NCBI GenBank assembly: GCA_050298595.1
Contig: JBNKUM010000008.1
Span: forward strand, 32,001-96,000
Length of the DNA stretch: 64,000 nucleotides
Direction of reading: 5' to 3'
Source: Gammaproteobacteria bacterium
GTDB taxonomy: Bacteria > Pseudomonadota > Gammaproteobacteria > GCA-001735895
Part shown: piece by piece, positions 27,447 through 38,197 of the stretch
Layout of the letters: each line of letters starts with the position of its first letter
Numbering within the stretch: position 1 is the first letter of the stretch
Made by a program: the position numbers and the translations under genes
The notes under the pieces: model-generated
What the model was told of the DNA's origin: nothing
Seen by the model: the letters and a program-made list of their open reading frames with translations, nothing else
The model's database searches: none

Positions 27447-27993
27447 TGTTATTCCTATTTTTTTTGCGGCTAAGTTAAACCCTGTATACAGCTGGTTTTA
27501 ACTGTGCCTTTATTATTATCCAGGCAAGGCACTAATATTGATAAGTGCTTATGTACACCCAGACTCCAAAATTACCTACAACTATTAGCCCTGATATTTA
27601 TTGAGCAGCAATGTAGAGCAGTGCTCAATTGTAAATTTCAGTACATCCAGCGAAGTAACTTTCGATAGCCTGACAGTTGGCGGTTATGAAAAATCATATA
27701 GCGAAGCTTTATCGACTCTCATTGAAGGAAATTGAGAAAGCAACTGAAACCACATGTGCCAGGGACGCCATCAAAAAACTGATCTGGCCAACCGCGAATT
27801 TTATAAGGAGATACCACTTAGCATTGTTTATATACATTAATAAAACCCTGCTTTTTTACATGGTTAATCAATCTTTAGTGCATAAATACCTTAACTTTTA
27901 ATAAAACCCGTTAAATGTTACCGAGTTTTATAAACCTGAGCACCTCTAACGTGTATATTATTTCTCTGCGTATAAGAGGTGTCCCTGGTTGAA

Positions 27994-28104
27994 TTAATCA
28001 GATTCTTCTTTATCCATGCAATGCTCTGATTCATACCACATTACATTGATGATTCCAAAAGATAGCGCCAGCATAACGCCCAGTATCCAGGTGAAATACC
28101 ACAT
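27994..28104 (-). CDS. cydX: Cytochrome bd oxidase small subunit CydX (absent from the ORF track)
   Basis: MWYFTWILGVMLALSFGIINVMWYESEHCMDKEESD; AAGGAG upstream; follows cydB. Confidence 0.92.
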   Translation of the reverse strand: MWYFTWILGVMLALSFGIINVMWYESEHCMDKEESD

Positions 28105-28156
28105 ATGAAAAACTCCTTAAATGGGGAGAAGCTGTATCCAGCTTCTCCGGATTAAA

Positions 28157-29296
28157 TTAATAGGCTGAGAAACGGTCATTCATTTCATCTACAGATAAAC
28201 GTCCCCACATCTTGTAATAATTCCACACTGTATAACTCAAAACGATAGGCAGAAAGATTACCGTGGCCCAGAACATCACGGACAATGTCAAATGGCTAGA
28301 ACTGGCATCCCAGATGGTGAAACTATGATCAGGATGAGTACTGGAAGGCATCACGAAGGGAAATAGAGAGACCCCTGCTGTCATGATGACACCGGTAATA
28401 CCCAGTGAACTGCTAAAAAAACCTGCCCCAGGTCGATCAGCACGCGACATGAGAATCGTACCCAGCATGCCAAGAAAACCTAAGGCCGGAAAAGCCATAG
28501 TCACTGGGTATGTTTTATAGTTGTTCAACCAGGCTCCACTGCTAATTTCAACGGTTTTCGCCAGAGGATTAGGTAAGGCATCTAACGCAGGTTGCGAAAT
28601 GATCTTATAACCATCTATCCCCATCACCAACCAAACGCCAGCTGCAGCAAAAGCAAGTATGGCTACTATTCCGGTATAAGTAATCCACGTTTTTATACGC
28701 TCGGAGATCTCACCACTGGTACGCATCTGAATCCACATGCCACCATGCATGGTAAGTAAAGAAAAACTCAACACCCCTGCAACCAGAGCAAATGGATTTA
28801 ACAAGGCCCAAAAGGAACCCGTATAGAAGGGGCGGAGCAATTCATCCAGATAAAATGGAACACCCAGAATCAGGTTGCCAAATGCAACACCAAAAACTAA
28901 GGAAGGAACCGCACCACCCGCAAACAGCCCCCAGTCCCAGGCTTTACGCCAGCGTTCATCACCGAGCTTACTACGATAATCAAATCCTACCGGGCGAAAG
29001 AACAACGCGAATAACACCAATAACATGGCGAAGTAAAAGCCTGAGAACGCCGCGGCATAAACCGCAGGCCATGCCGCAAAGATAGCGCCACCAGCGGTAA
29101 TTAACCAAACCTGATTACCATCCCAATGAGGGCCAACGGTATTGATCATAACACGACGTTCATCATCGGTTTTACCTACAAAAGGCAGCAGATTACCTAC
29201 TCCCATATCCATACCGTCGGTAATTGCAAAGCCTATCAACAACACGCCAACAAATAACCACCAGATCATTTTTAATATTTCGTAATCAAAAATCAT
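28157..29296 (-). CDS. cydB: Cytochrome bd ubiquinol oxidase subunit II
   Basis: DGMDMGVG, GPHWDGNQVWL, RPVGFDYRSK, FPFVMPSS. Confidence 0.97.
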   Translation of the reverse strand: MIFDYEILKMIWWLFVGVLLIGFAITDGMDMGVGNLLPFVGKTDDERRVMINTVGPHWDGNQVWLITAGGAIFAAWPAVYAAAFSGFYFAMLLVLFALFFRPVGFDYRSKLGDERWRKAWDWGLFAGGAVPSLVFGVAFGNLILGVPFYLDELLRPFYTGSFWALLNPFALVAGVLSFSLLTMHGGMWIQMRTSGEISERIKTWITYTGIVAILAFAAAGVWLVMGIDGYKIISQPALDALPNPLAKTVEISSGAWLNNYKTYPVTMAFPALGFLGMLGTILMSRADRPGAGFFSSSLGITGVIMTAGVSLFPFVMPSSTHPDHSFTIWDASSSHLTLSVMFWATVIFLPIVLSYTVWNYYKMWGRLSVDEMNDRFSAY

Positions 29297-29308
29297 GACA
29301 TTATCTCC

Positions 29309-30889
29309 TTAGGCGTGAGCTGGTTGATCTGCTTTGACAGATGCTTGTTCAAGACAGTAGCGTCCAGTCCCCAAAGAACTCGGTCCCTTTCTCGCAAAGT
29401 GGAACATTAGCCACATCTCTATTACTAACAGGAAGGTGTAAAAGGTAACAAAGCCAGCAATGCTGATCATCAAATCAGTAGCGGTCAGGCTAGAAGTGGC
29501 AAGAAAAGTTGGCAGTACCTCACCAATTGCCCAGGGTTGTCTACCTGATTCAGCGATGAACCAACCCGTTTCTATAGCAATCCATGGCAATGGAATACTG
29601 TACAGGGCTATTCTTAACAACCAACGTTTTTGCTCAATAACGCGCCTGGCGTTGTAATAAAAGGCGAGCACAAAGATAAGTAGCATGGCAAACCCTGCGG
29701 CCACCATGATACGGAAGGTCCAGAACAATGGTGCAACCTGGGGTATACTGGCTTTAGCCGCCAGCTTGATCTGTTCTTCAGTCGCATCAACCACATCTGG
29801 CGTATAAGCCTTAAGCAACAAACCGTATCCAAGGTCGCCCTTATACTTCTCAAAGTTTCTTATATTTTCCTCAGTTTCATTACCATTACGCAATTTAACC
29901 AGATATTCATAGGCGACTTTACCTCGACGAACTCTCTCTTCATTCATCTTGACAATATCTTTCAAACCGGTAACTTCTTCATCAACGGAACGTGTTGCAA
30001 TCAAACCCATGACCCAGGGAATTTTGACTGCAGCGTCTGTTTTCTGAGATGCCTGGTCTGGTAAACCAAATAGTGTAAAACCAGCAGGCGCTTCGTGTGT
30101 TTCCCACTCTGATTCAATCGCTGCCAGTTTTACTCTTTGCACATCACCCAGTTCATAACCAGATTCATCACCCAACACTATAACCGAGCAGATCGAAGCC
30201 AGGCCAAATCCCGCAGCGATTGCAAAGGATCTTTTCGCAAAAGCGATATCACGCCCTTTCAACAGATAGTATGAAGAAATACCCAATACAAACATGGCCC
30301 CTGCAACGTAACCGGCACTTGCAGTATGAATAAATTTAACCTGTGCGACTGGATTGAATAAAACATCCGCAAAACTCGTCATTTCCATACGCATGGTTTG
30401 ATAATTGAATTCTGAGCCCACTGGATTTTGCATCCAGCCATTCGCAACCAATATCCATAAAGCTGATAAATTAGTACCGAGAGCTGTCAAAAAGGTTACT
30501 AGCAGATGCTGACGTTTTGATAAGCGTTCCCAGCCTAGAAAAAACATTCCTATAAAGGTCGATTCGAGGAAAAAAGCCATCAACCCTTCGATAGCAAGTG
30601 GCGCACCAAACACGTCACCGACATAGTGCGAGTAATAAGCCCAGTTGGTACCGAACTCAAACTCCATGGTTAATCCGGTAGTAACACCAAGGGCAAAGTT
30701 GATACCAAACAACTTACCCCAAAATTTGGTCATGTCGCGGTATATTTCTTTCCCGGTCATTACATATACCGACTCCATAATAACCAGTATCCAGGTCATA
30801 CCCAGAGTCAACGGAACAAACAAAAAATGATACAACGCGGTAACTGCAAACTGCCATCGCGACAGTTCAATCATGGCTGGATCTAACAT
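29309..30889 (-). CDS. cydA: Cytochrome bd ubiquinol oxidase subunit I (long Q-loop type)
   Basis: [37 protein letters not shown]; 526 aa. Confidence 0.97.
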   Translation of the reverse strand: MLDPAMIELSRWQFAVTALYHFLFVPLTLGMTWILVIMESVYVMTGKEIYRDMTKFWGKLFGINFALGVTTGLTMEFEFGTNWAYYSHYVGDVFGAPLAIEGLMAFFLESTFIGMFFLGWERLSKRQHLLVTFLTALGTNLSALWILVANGWMQNPVGSEFNYQTMRMEMTSFADVLFNPVAQVKFIHTASAGYVAGAMFVLGISSYYLLKGRDIAFAKRSFAIAAGFGLASICSVIVLGDESGYELGDVQRVKLAAIESEWETHEAPAGFTLFGLPDQASQKTDAAVKIPWVMGLIATRSVDEEVTGLKDIVKMNEERVRRGKVAYEYLVKLRNGNETEENIRNFEKYKGDLGYGLLLKAYTPDVVDATEEQIKLAAKASIPQVAPLFWTFRIMVAAGFAMLLIFVLAFYYNARRVIEQKRWLLRIALYSIPLPWIAIETGWFIAESGRQPWAIGEVLPTFLATSSLTATDLMISIAGFVTFYTFLLVIEMWLMFHFARKGPSSLGTGRYCLEQASVKADQPAHA

Positions 30890-30989
30890 TTTAACAAACT
30901 CCCAAATTAAAAAAAATCTTTACACCCTTAGCCTAACTCTATTTCTACTTTCTATTTTTAGATTGATAGATATAGACCTAATTATCAAT

Positions 30990-31004
30990 GCGACAAAATG
31001 CCGC
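30990..31004 (-). promoter_or_regulatory. RegA/RegR/RoxR-like box upstream of cydA
   Basis: Minus strand GCGGC-ATTTT-GTCGC (GCGGC-N5-GTCGC), about 100 nt upstream of the cydA ATG. Confidence 0.6.
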
Positions 31005-31021
31005 TCCTGATAATTAGAAGT

Positions 31022-31372
31022 TTAAACAGGTAGATGGACATGCGGTTGAGCCTGTGCTAATGGAAGGCCTTCGATGATTCGTTTTACTGCATACGAAGGG
31101 TCTGTCTCTGAGGTCGCTATTACCTTAACACCACGAGAATTCAACTTTCTAATAAAGCCTTCTCCACAGCTACCAGTTATTAGCACATCCAGATCATCTA
31201 ACGGGTGAGGACCACCGGAGAATTCATGCATAGATTGATCTTTTGGCAAATCGATACGTTGACTTTCATACCACTCACCTTGAGGTGATTCCGAAAAAAC
31301 CAGAAAGCGCCTGCTCTTACCAGCATGCCCAGTTATAGTCTTAAAATTTTGACTTGTGACACCAATTTTCAT
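31022..31372 (-). CDS. NifB/NifX (FeMo-cofactor-binding) fold protein
   Basis: MKIGVTSQNFKTITGHAGKSRRFLVF, DVLITGSCGEGF, RGVKV. Confidence 0.8.
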   Translation of the reverse strand: MKIGVTSQNFKTITGHAGKSRRFLVFSESPQGEWYESQRIDLPKDQSMHEFSGGPHPLDDLDVLITGSCGEGFIRKLNSRGVKVIATSETDPSYAVKRIIEGLPLAQAQPHVHLPV

Positions 31373-31403
31373 ACTTAGACCCCTTTAATTATTAATCACT
31401 CAA

Positions 31404-31808
31404 TTAAGCAGCAATTTCTTTTTTTACTAAACTTTTTACCCACAATCCCATCGTATCGTTTGCTAGTGCCATAGGTGCTTCCATAAATGTAACAATTAGT
31501 TTATCCACGGTTTCAGCTATACCTATAGAGCGCGGTCTGACCGCAAGCATTTCAGATTTTGGCAATTGTGTGCCAAAGCAAAATACAATATTTCTGGCAT
31601 CAATTATTTCTTCATTAACATACCCATCAGGTAAGCCTTTTGTGTGACTAAAATGATCAAATTCAGCTATAAATCTCGTCACTTTATGATCATCAATCAA
31701 TTTCTTAAAATAATTAATTACTTCCTGCGCAGATTTATATTCGGTTTCAGATTTATCGACTTCTAGCTTAAATATTGGAAATTTTTCCTGTAATAAGATT
31801 TGTTTCAT
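31404..31808 (-). CDS. Conserved hypothetical protein (DUF6858-like)
   Basis: QEKFP, FDHFSHT, NIVFCFG, LAVRPRSIG, FMEAP; family recalled from memory. Confidence 0.65.
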   Translation of the reverse strand: MKQILLQEKFPIFKLEVDKSETEYKSAQEVINYFKKLIDDHKVTRFIAEFDHFSHTKGLPDGYVNEEIIDARNIVFCFGTQLPKSEMLAVRPRSIGIAETVDKLIVTFMEAPMALANDTMGLWVKSLVKKEIAA

Positions 31809-31835
31809 TTTTACTCTCGGGTGATAAATAAATAT

Positions 31836-32801
31836 TTAATCGTCTTGCTTACAAATATTGCCAAGTTTCGCAGCTTTTACAGTTTTGACTAATAACACAC
31901 AAACCAGAACTGATAGAAATATCAGCAGACTGAGTCCTAGATACCCGTAAAATATCTGACCTGTAATATGAGACATAACCATACTGGAAATACTTATTGC
32001 CGCTAAGGGGAAGGAATAAGCCCACCATGACATGAAAAATGGCAACCCGATAAAGCGCGGCCATTGACTAAACAAAAGCAGTGTCAGGAATAATGCAAAG
32101 TTGTATAACAGCAATGCAAAAGCATCCAGGGTACCTGTTAATTTAATATATGACAGGAACCCAACTGCTGGCGGCGCAATTAAGATAAATAAAGTAGGTA
32201 TCAGTTTTTGTGGCATTGGTTGATGGAATATCACCCGATTAAAAACAATCACCAGTAGAATAATCCAGAAAAAGAATCCTACACTGAAGAAAAACCAGGA
32301 AATATCTGCATAGCCCAAAGGGACACCAGCTAATGGAATCACAACATTTCCTACTGCAGGTATAAACCAGGCTGGATTCATATGATGAATTTCATATCTC
32401 TCATGATGTAACCAACTATTTACAACGTGGAGAGTGATAATCAAATGCAAACATGTTCCGATGGTCCAGAACACCAGACTGACCTGATGCGCTATTTGTA
32501 AAAACGCAATTGCAAACAGCAAAAGACTTATAGAAATTGTGGGTATGAAATTAATTTTTACAGGGTTAGACCACTCTTTAATCAGCGACTGTTTAAAGTA
32601 AATAGCCTTAAATGTATACATACCACTCAGCACCATAAAAATTATGAGCGTAAGCAACAATAAAATGTTATATATAACATTGCTAAACTGAAAAACTTCG
32701 CAAGCCTTTTCCCAGCCAATACTCAGGCCGGCCATTCCCATCACCATAGCAAAGAAAGAAATAGGCATGTGTTGCAAACGGTTTTCAGTTTTCATATTCA
32801 C
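31836..32801 (-). CDS. SLAC1/TehA-family anion channel
   Basis: PISFFAMVMG, NPAWFIPAVGN, PTLFILIAPP, SWWAYSFP; about ten TM segments. Confidence 0.92.
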   Translation of the reverse strand: MNMKTENRLQHMPISFFAMVMGMAGLSIGWEKACEVFQFSNVIYNILLLLTLIIFMVLSGMYTFKAIYFKQSLIKEWSNPVKINFIPTISISLLLFAIAFLQIAHQVSLVFWTIGTCLHLIITLHVVNSWLHHERYEIHHMNPAWFIPAVGNVVIPLAGVPLGYADISWFFFSVGFFFWIILLVIVFNRVIFHQPMPQKLIPTLFILIAPPAVGFLSYIKLTGTLDAFALLLYNFALFLTLLLFSQWPRFIGLPFFMSWWAYSFPLAAISISSMVMSHITGQIFYGYLGLSLLIFLSVLVCVLLVKTVKAAKLGNICKQDD

Positions 32802-32850
32802 ATCAATCTGGAAGATAAATCCATACTAGGTAGTTCCAACATTGTGAGCA

Positions 32851-32864
32851 TTGAAATTTTTCAA
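32851..32864. promoter_or_regulatory. Fnr-like palindrome in the divergent promoter
   Basis: TTGAA-ATTT-TTCAA (compare FNR TTGAT-N4-ATCAA). Confidence 0.45.
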
Positions 32865-32908
32865 TAGGGTTGAAATAAGATGTTTTTTTTAATCGAGAGT
32901 TTTTAAAA

Positions 32909-33610
32909 TTGAAGACTACACATATAGAAAATGCATGGCGTGGTGCTGAACGTTGCAAACATTGCGCAATCCGACACCTGGTATTGTTCGCCGACCTTCA
33001 ACAAGAGGATTTCGATCGAATTCATCACCCGATAGATGATTTTGAATACCCTCCAGGAACACAAATCTATCGGCAGGGTGAAGAAAACTCCTTCGTCTAT
33101 ACCATTAGATCTGGTCTGGTAAAACTGGTACAACATCTTCCGGATGGAAACCGAAGAATCGTCAGAATACTCAGTCAGGGTGACCTTGCAGGTCTGGAAA
33201 GTCTGAGCGGCCAGCCTTCAGACCATGAGGCAGTAACTATGGATCATGCCAGCGTCTGCCGTATCCCGCGCTCAATTATTGAATCATTACGCCGAGACAC
33301 ACCAAGATTACACAACACTCTATTGCTGCGCTGGCAACAGGCTTTAAGCGGGGCAAATAACTGGATAACTCGTTTATCTACCGGCAATGCAACCACACGA
33401 GTGGCTCGCCTGTTATTATTGCTGGATGAAAAATCAAACGATGAAAGTTTTTTTCTCCCCACTCGTGAAGATATGGGGGCGATGCTGGGTATTACCACGG
33501 AAAGCGCCAGTAAGGTGACTGCAGATTTCAAGCGCAAAGGCTGGTTAAAACCCCTGCAACAAAACCGCGCCTGGGTGGATACCGAAGCTTTGCAAGAAGA
33601 ATTTGAATAG
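32909..33610 (+). CDS. Crp/Fnr-family transcriptional regulator
   Basis: N-terminal CKHC, cNMP-like barrel (IRSGLVKL, GDLAGLE), HTH TREDMGAMLGITTESASK. Confidence 0.92.
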   Translation: MKTTHIENAWRGAERCKHCAIRHLVLFADLQQEDFDRIHHPIDDFEYPPGTQIYRQGEENSFVYTIRSGLVKLVQHLPDGNRRIVRILSQGDLAGLESLSGQPSDHEAVTMDHASVCRIPRSIIESLRRDTPRLHNTLLLRWQQALSGANNWITRLSTGNATTRVARLLLLLDEKSNDESFFLPTREDMGAMLGITTESASKVTADFKRKGWLKPLQQNRAWVDTEALQEEFE

Positions 33611-33624
33611 AAATATAAAACTTT

Positions 33625-33792
33625 TTATTTCGTTTTTTTGACTTCCTGACTGAGTTCTTTATGAGCCTTATCAGCATTGGCTCTTTGCTCATCTGCCCGA
33701 TTATCCTGAACAGTTGGGGCACTAGAACAGCCCATCAAAAGCATGATCACTATGCTGCTGCTTAATATTTTTCCTGCTAACCTTCGCTGCAT
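33625..33792 (-). CDS. Small lipoprotein (55 aa, absent from the ORF track)
   Basis: MQRRLAGKILSSSIVIMLLMGCSSAPTVQDNRADEQRANADKAHKELSQEVKKTK; lipobox LMGC; GGAG upstream. Confidence 0.75.
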   Translation of the reverse strand: MQRRLAGKILSSSIVIMLLMGCSSAPTVQDNRADEQRANADKAHKELSQEVKKTK

Positions 33793-34119
33793 AACATTCT
33801 CCAGAAATATTTATTCTTGCTGATACCTACCATCACCACTGACAAGTATAACTGTATTTTATGATCAGAGTTTTAAGCTGGGATATGTGTCCTGTGATTG
33901 CTGCAGACCCACTACAGGCTATCACCCTGCAGGGTGTGATTTTCCAACGCCAGACTTTGTTTGCTTTGATCCTGGTAGATTTTTTACCGATTTCGGTATC
34001 GATTGTTTTACATTAAAATCAGCCAGTCGGAAATCTGCGCGGGCATATTCCGGCAAGTTCTCTGATCCGACCCGGCTATGGCGATAGTACTCGGCCTGGT
34101 CCTGCTGATACATTGGAAA

Positions 34120-35355
34120 TTAGGCGAAATAGTCGATTCTTCCATTCGCTAAGACAATACTTGCCTGTTGCATAGCAGCCATACTGGCATTTGACGAGTC
34201 TTGTGCAATGGATTGCTCACTATTAGCTCCACTCTGGCTATCACCTGAAGCATTCTGGTTGGATGATGAATCACGGTGTGAAACATTCACATCAACATTA
34301 CTATAACCCGCGTCCTGCAATATTTCACGTAACCTTAAACTCGAACTTTCTACCAGATCTCGGGTTTGTGCATGCTGGGTATGAATGACTACGTGAGCAG
34401 AATCATCTTTAATATGAATTTGAATATCCAGCTTACCTAAATGAGGCGGATCAATGCGAATTTCAGCATTGTTCAGCTTTTGATTAATCAGGAAAGAAAC
34501 CCGCTCACCTAATGCGTCACCCCATTGCTGACTATTTGCTGAAGCCGAAATGGAGTGTAAATGCGCTGGCATTACCTGTGATGCGGAGTTTGGAGTTTGA
34601 GAAATTTGCGTAGCTACGCTAGCCTGTATGGGATTAGCGCCATTCTCCACCGTTTTAATAGTCACAGTATCTGTAGCAGTCAGCTGTTGCCTGATATTAA
34701 CAACCTCAGCCGAATTTTTAGCGTTTTCTCGGTTTATCAACGATTTGGAGTCGATATCAGATTCATCAGGCCCAATATCTGATAAAGAATCTGATTCTGC
34801 AGCTGTTTGCCCGGCGTTTATTTGAGCCACTGCAGAGATTTGCGGCGTCAGGGTGGATAACGATTGCCGCCCAGGAGGCAAAGCATCTCCTTTAGGATTA
34901 GTTACTGGAATCAGCATAGCTGGTGCAAGCGGATTTATACCGGCAGAATCTACACTGACATTCTCTATCAATGAGATAACATCTTCTTCATCCTGATCTG
35001 TATCCTTAACCATCAATTTAACTGGCGAGCCAGTCTCTGTCTGTTCGCTGAAATGAGACTTTAAAAACTGCATCCACTGTGCCGACAGGCTATCGTCCAG
35101 CACTGTTTCCATATCATCATCAAACTCACCTATCATAGTCATAAGCTCTTTATTATCAATAACCTGGCCATCTTCATCTGAAACAAGCTGGATCAGATTC
35201 TGGCTCAACATGCTAAAGAAATCCTTTTCTGACAGGCTGATCTGTTCACCATCAGCGGTGGAAACCTGAATATTCATTTGACCACCCAACGATGCATTTG
35301 CTGGCATATCGCTAATTAACAATGCGGATTGCATAGAAGTATTTGATATAGTCAT
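34120..35355 (-). CDS. fliK: Flagellar hook-length control protein FliK
   Basis: WGDALGERV, AEIRIDPPHLGKLDI, RLREIL, C-terminal IDYFA. Confidence 0.92.
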   Translation of the reverse strand: MTISNTSMQSALLISDMPANASLGGQMNIQVSTADGEQISLSEKDFFSMLSQNLIQLVSDEDGQVIDNKELMTMIGEFDDDMETVLDDSLSAQWMQFLKSHFSEQTETGSPVKLMVKDTDQDEEDVISLIENVSVDSAGINPLAPAMLIPVTNPKGDALPPGRQSLSTLTPQISAVAQINAGQTAAESDSLSDIGPDESDIDSKSLINRENAKNSAEVVNIRQQLTATDTVTIKTVENGANPIQASVATQISQTPNSASQVMPAHLHSISASANSQQWGDALGERVSFLINQKLNNAEIRIDPPHLGKLDIQIHIKDDSAHVVIHTQHAQTRDLVESSSLRLREILQDAGYSNVDVNVSHRDSSSNQNASGDSQSGANSEQSIAQDSSNASMAAMQQASIVLANGRIDYFA

Positions 35356-35415
35356 CGTTTAAACCCTTCTGTTCTATGTTTATGCGGACTGATGAGCCTG
35401 CCTATGACTGTTATA

Positions 35416-35431
35416 TGCAGATTGCATGCCA
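35416..35431 (-). promoter_or_regulatory. Sigma54 promoter of fliK
   Basis: Minus strand TGGCATGCAATCTGCA (GG-N10-GC). Confidence 0.7.
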
Positions 35432-35638
35432 GACGTTATGGTTTTGGAAAAAATTTGACATCGGCGCACAAAATCCATTCCTTAAGTTATTTTCAATAGA
35501 AAGTTGCAAAAATTATGCTAAAAACAAAATGTTAAATTGGTAGTCGCAAAACCGGCAACCAGATAATATTAAATGGCGAAGATACGATGCCCGGGCTGAT
35601 CAGATGAACAACCCGCAACTATAGGGAGATGACAAGGT

Positions 35639-36322
35639 TTGGCTACACAGCAGGATTTAATGATAACCTCTAATCAAAACAGGTTTACTGATCTTTGGTC
35701 GCGGAATCTTATTCAAGGTGCGCCCAACAAGGGTCCACAAATTTATCAAATGTTAATTGATGCTTATAACGAAAAGCAACGCGTTTATCATACCCAGCAA
35801 CATATCGAAGATTGCCTGACGCTTTTCGACGAAATAAAAAGCTATCTGCAAAATGCCGACTCAGTCGAACTTGCTATCTGGTTCCATGACGTCATCTACC
35901 AGATCAATTCCAGGGATAACGAGGAACTAAGCGCCGATTTATTCATGAATATTAGTGAAGGTGCTTTACAGGCTGCAACGCGCCATCAGGTTTACCAGCA
36001 TATCATTGCCACCCTGCACAATGGATCCGAAATGCTTGAGCACGATACACGCTACATGGTAGATATAGATTTATCCAGCTTTGGATTGCCCTGGGATAGA
36101 TTCATCCAGAATAGTCGCGAGGTACGCCAGGAAATGAGTCATATCCCGGACGAAGAATTTTATCCCAGACAGTGCGCCTTCCAGCAATCACTGCTAAAAC
36201 ATGGTCGCTTTTATCAAACTGATTATTTTTTTAAGAACTACGAGCAAAGCGCACTCAATAATATTGCCGATTACTTTGTTCATCTGAGGAAAAAAACGGG
36301 TATTATTTGCGATATTGAATAG
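35639..36322 (+). CDS. HD-superfamily metal-dependent hydrolase
   Basis: RVYHTQQHI, AIWFHDVIY, DNEELSA, DIDLSSFG; start uncertain. Confidence 0.88.
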   Translation: MATQQDLMITSNQNRFTDLWSRNLIQGAPNKGPQIYQMLIDAYNEKQRVYHTQQHIEDCLTLFDEIKSYLQNADSVELAIWFHDVIYQINSRDNEELSADLFMNISEGALQAATRHQVYQHIIATLHNGSEMLEHDTRYMVDIDLSSFGLPWDRFIQNSREVRQEMSHIPDEEFYPRQCAFQQSLLKHGRFYQTDYFFKNYEQSALNNIADYFVHLRKKTGIICDIE

Positions 36323-36325
36323 TGC

Positions 36326-36766
36326 TTAGGATTTTCTCAACGCATTGCGCAGTGAGATTTCATCCATAAATCGCTGTTCCTTCTTTTGTTCCTGCTTTTC
36401 TTCATCTATCTGTAAACGATCCACCATTTTATGGATTGCATCTGAACGAGAATGTGTCAGCTTCCATTTCTGACGTTTGATTTCAACCTCTCGTTCGGCC
36501 ATAGCAACAACATGCTGTTGCTGTTTTATGGTTTCATCCAGTTGATGTAAAAATCGGTTAAATTCCTGCAACTGGACCGCTGAATAACAGGTAGCGACTC
36601 CCTGATTATGACGTTCGGCATACTCCTTCTGATAATCAAAAAGTTGATTCAAACGATTAATCTGTTGCTGTAGCTGTTGTTGACTAAAGGCAACCGACTG
36701 CAAGGCCATTTGCTCATTTTTTTCAACATGATCGACTACTGGAGCAAGTTTTTTAGTTCGTGTCAT
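36326..36766 (-). CDS. fliJ: Flagellar export protein FliJ
   Basis: Coiled coil, FLHQLDETI, EQRFMDE; directly after fliI. Confidence 0.9.
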   Translation of the reverse strand: MTRTKKLAPVVDHVEKNEQMALQSVAFSQQQLQQQINRLNQLFDYQKEYAERHNQGVATCYSAVQLQEFNRFLHQLDETIKQQQHVVAMAEREVEIKRQKWKLTHSRSDAIHKMVDRLQIDEEKQEQKKEQRFMDEISLRNALRKS

Positions 36767-36793
36767 TCAACTACCTTATACATTACCTGCCAT

Positions 36794-38174
<1,381 letters not shown>

Positions 38175-38197
<23 letters not shown>

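Noticed and set aside
27677-27901. 74-aa plus-strand ORF between the octaheme gene and cydX
   Set aside because: TTG start, opposite to the surrounding genes, no motif
30963-30988. FNR box upstream of cydA
   Set aside because: TTGAT and ATCAA half-sites are 16 nt apart rather than 4, so it is not a canonical site
31022-31372. Evidence for nitrogen fixation
   Set aside because: The NifX/NifB fold occurs widely outside diazotrophs and no nifHDK is in the window
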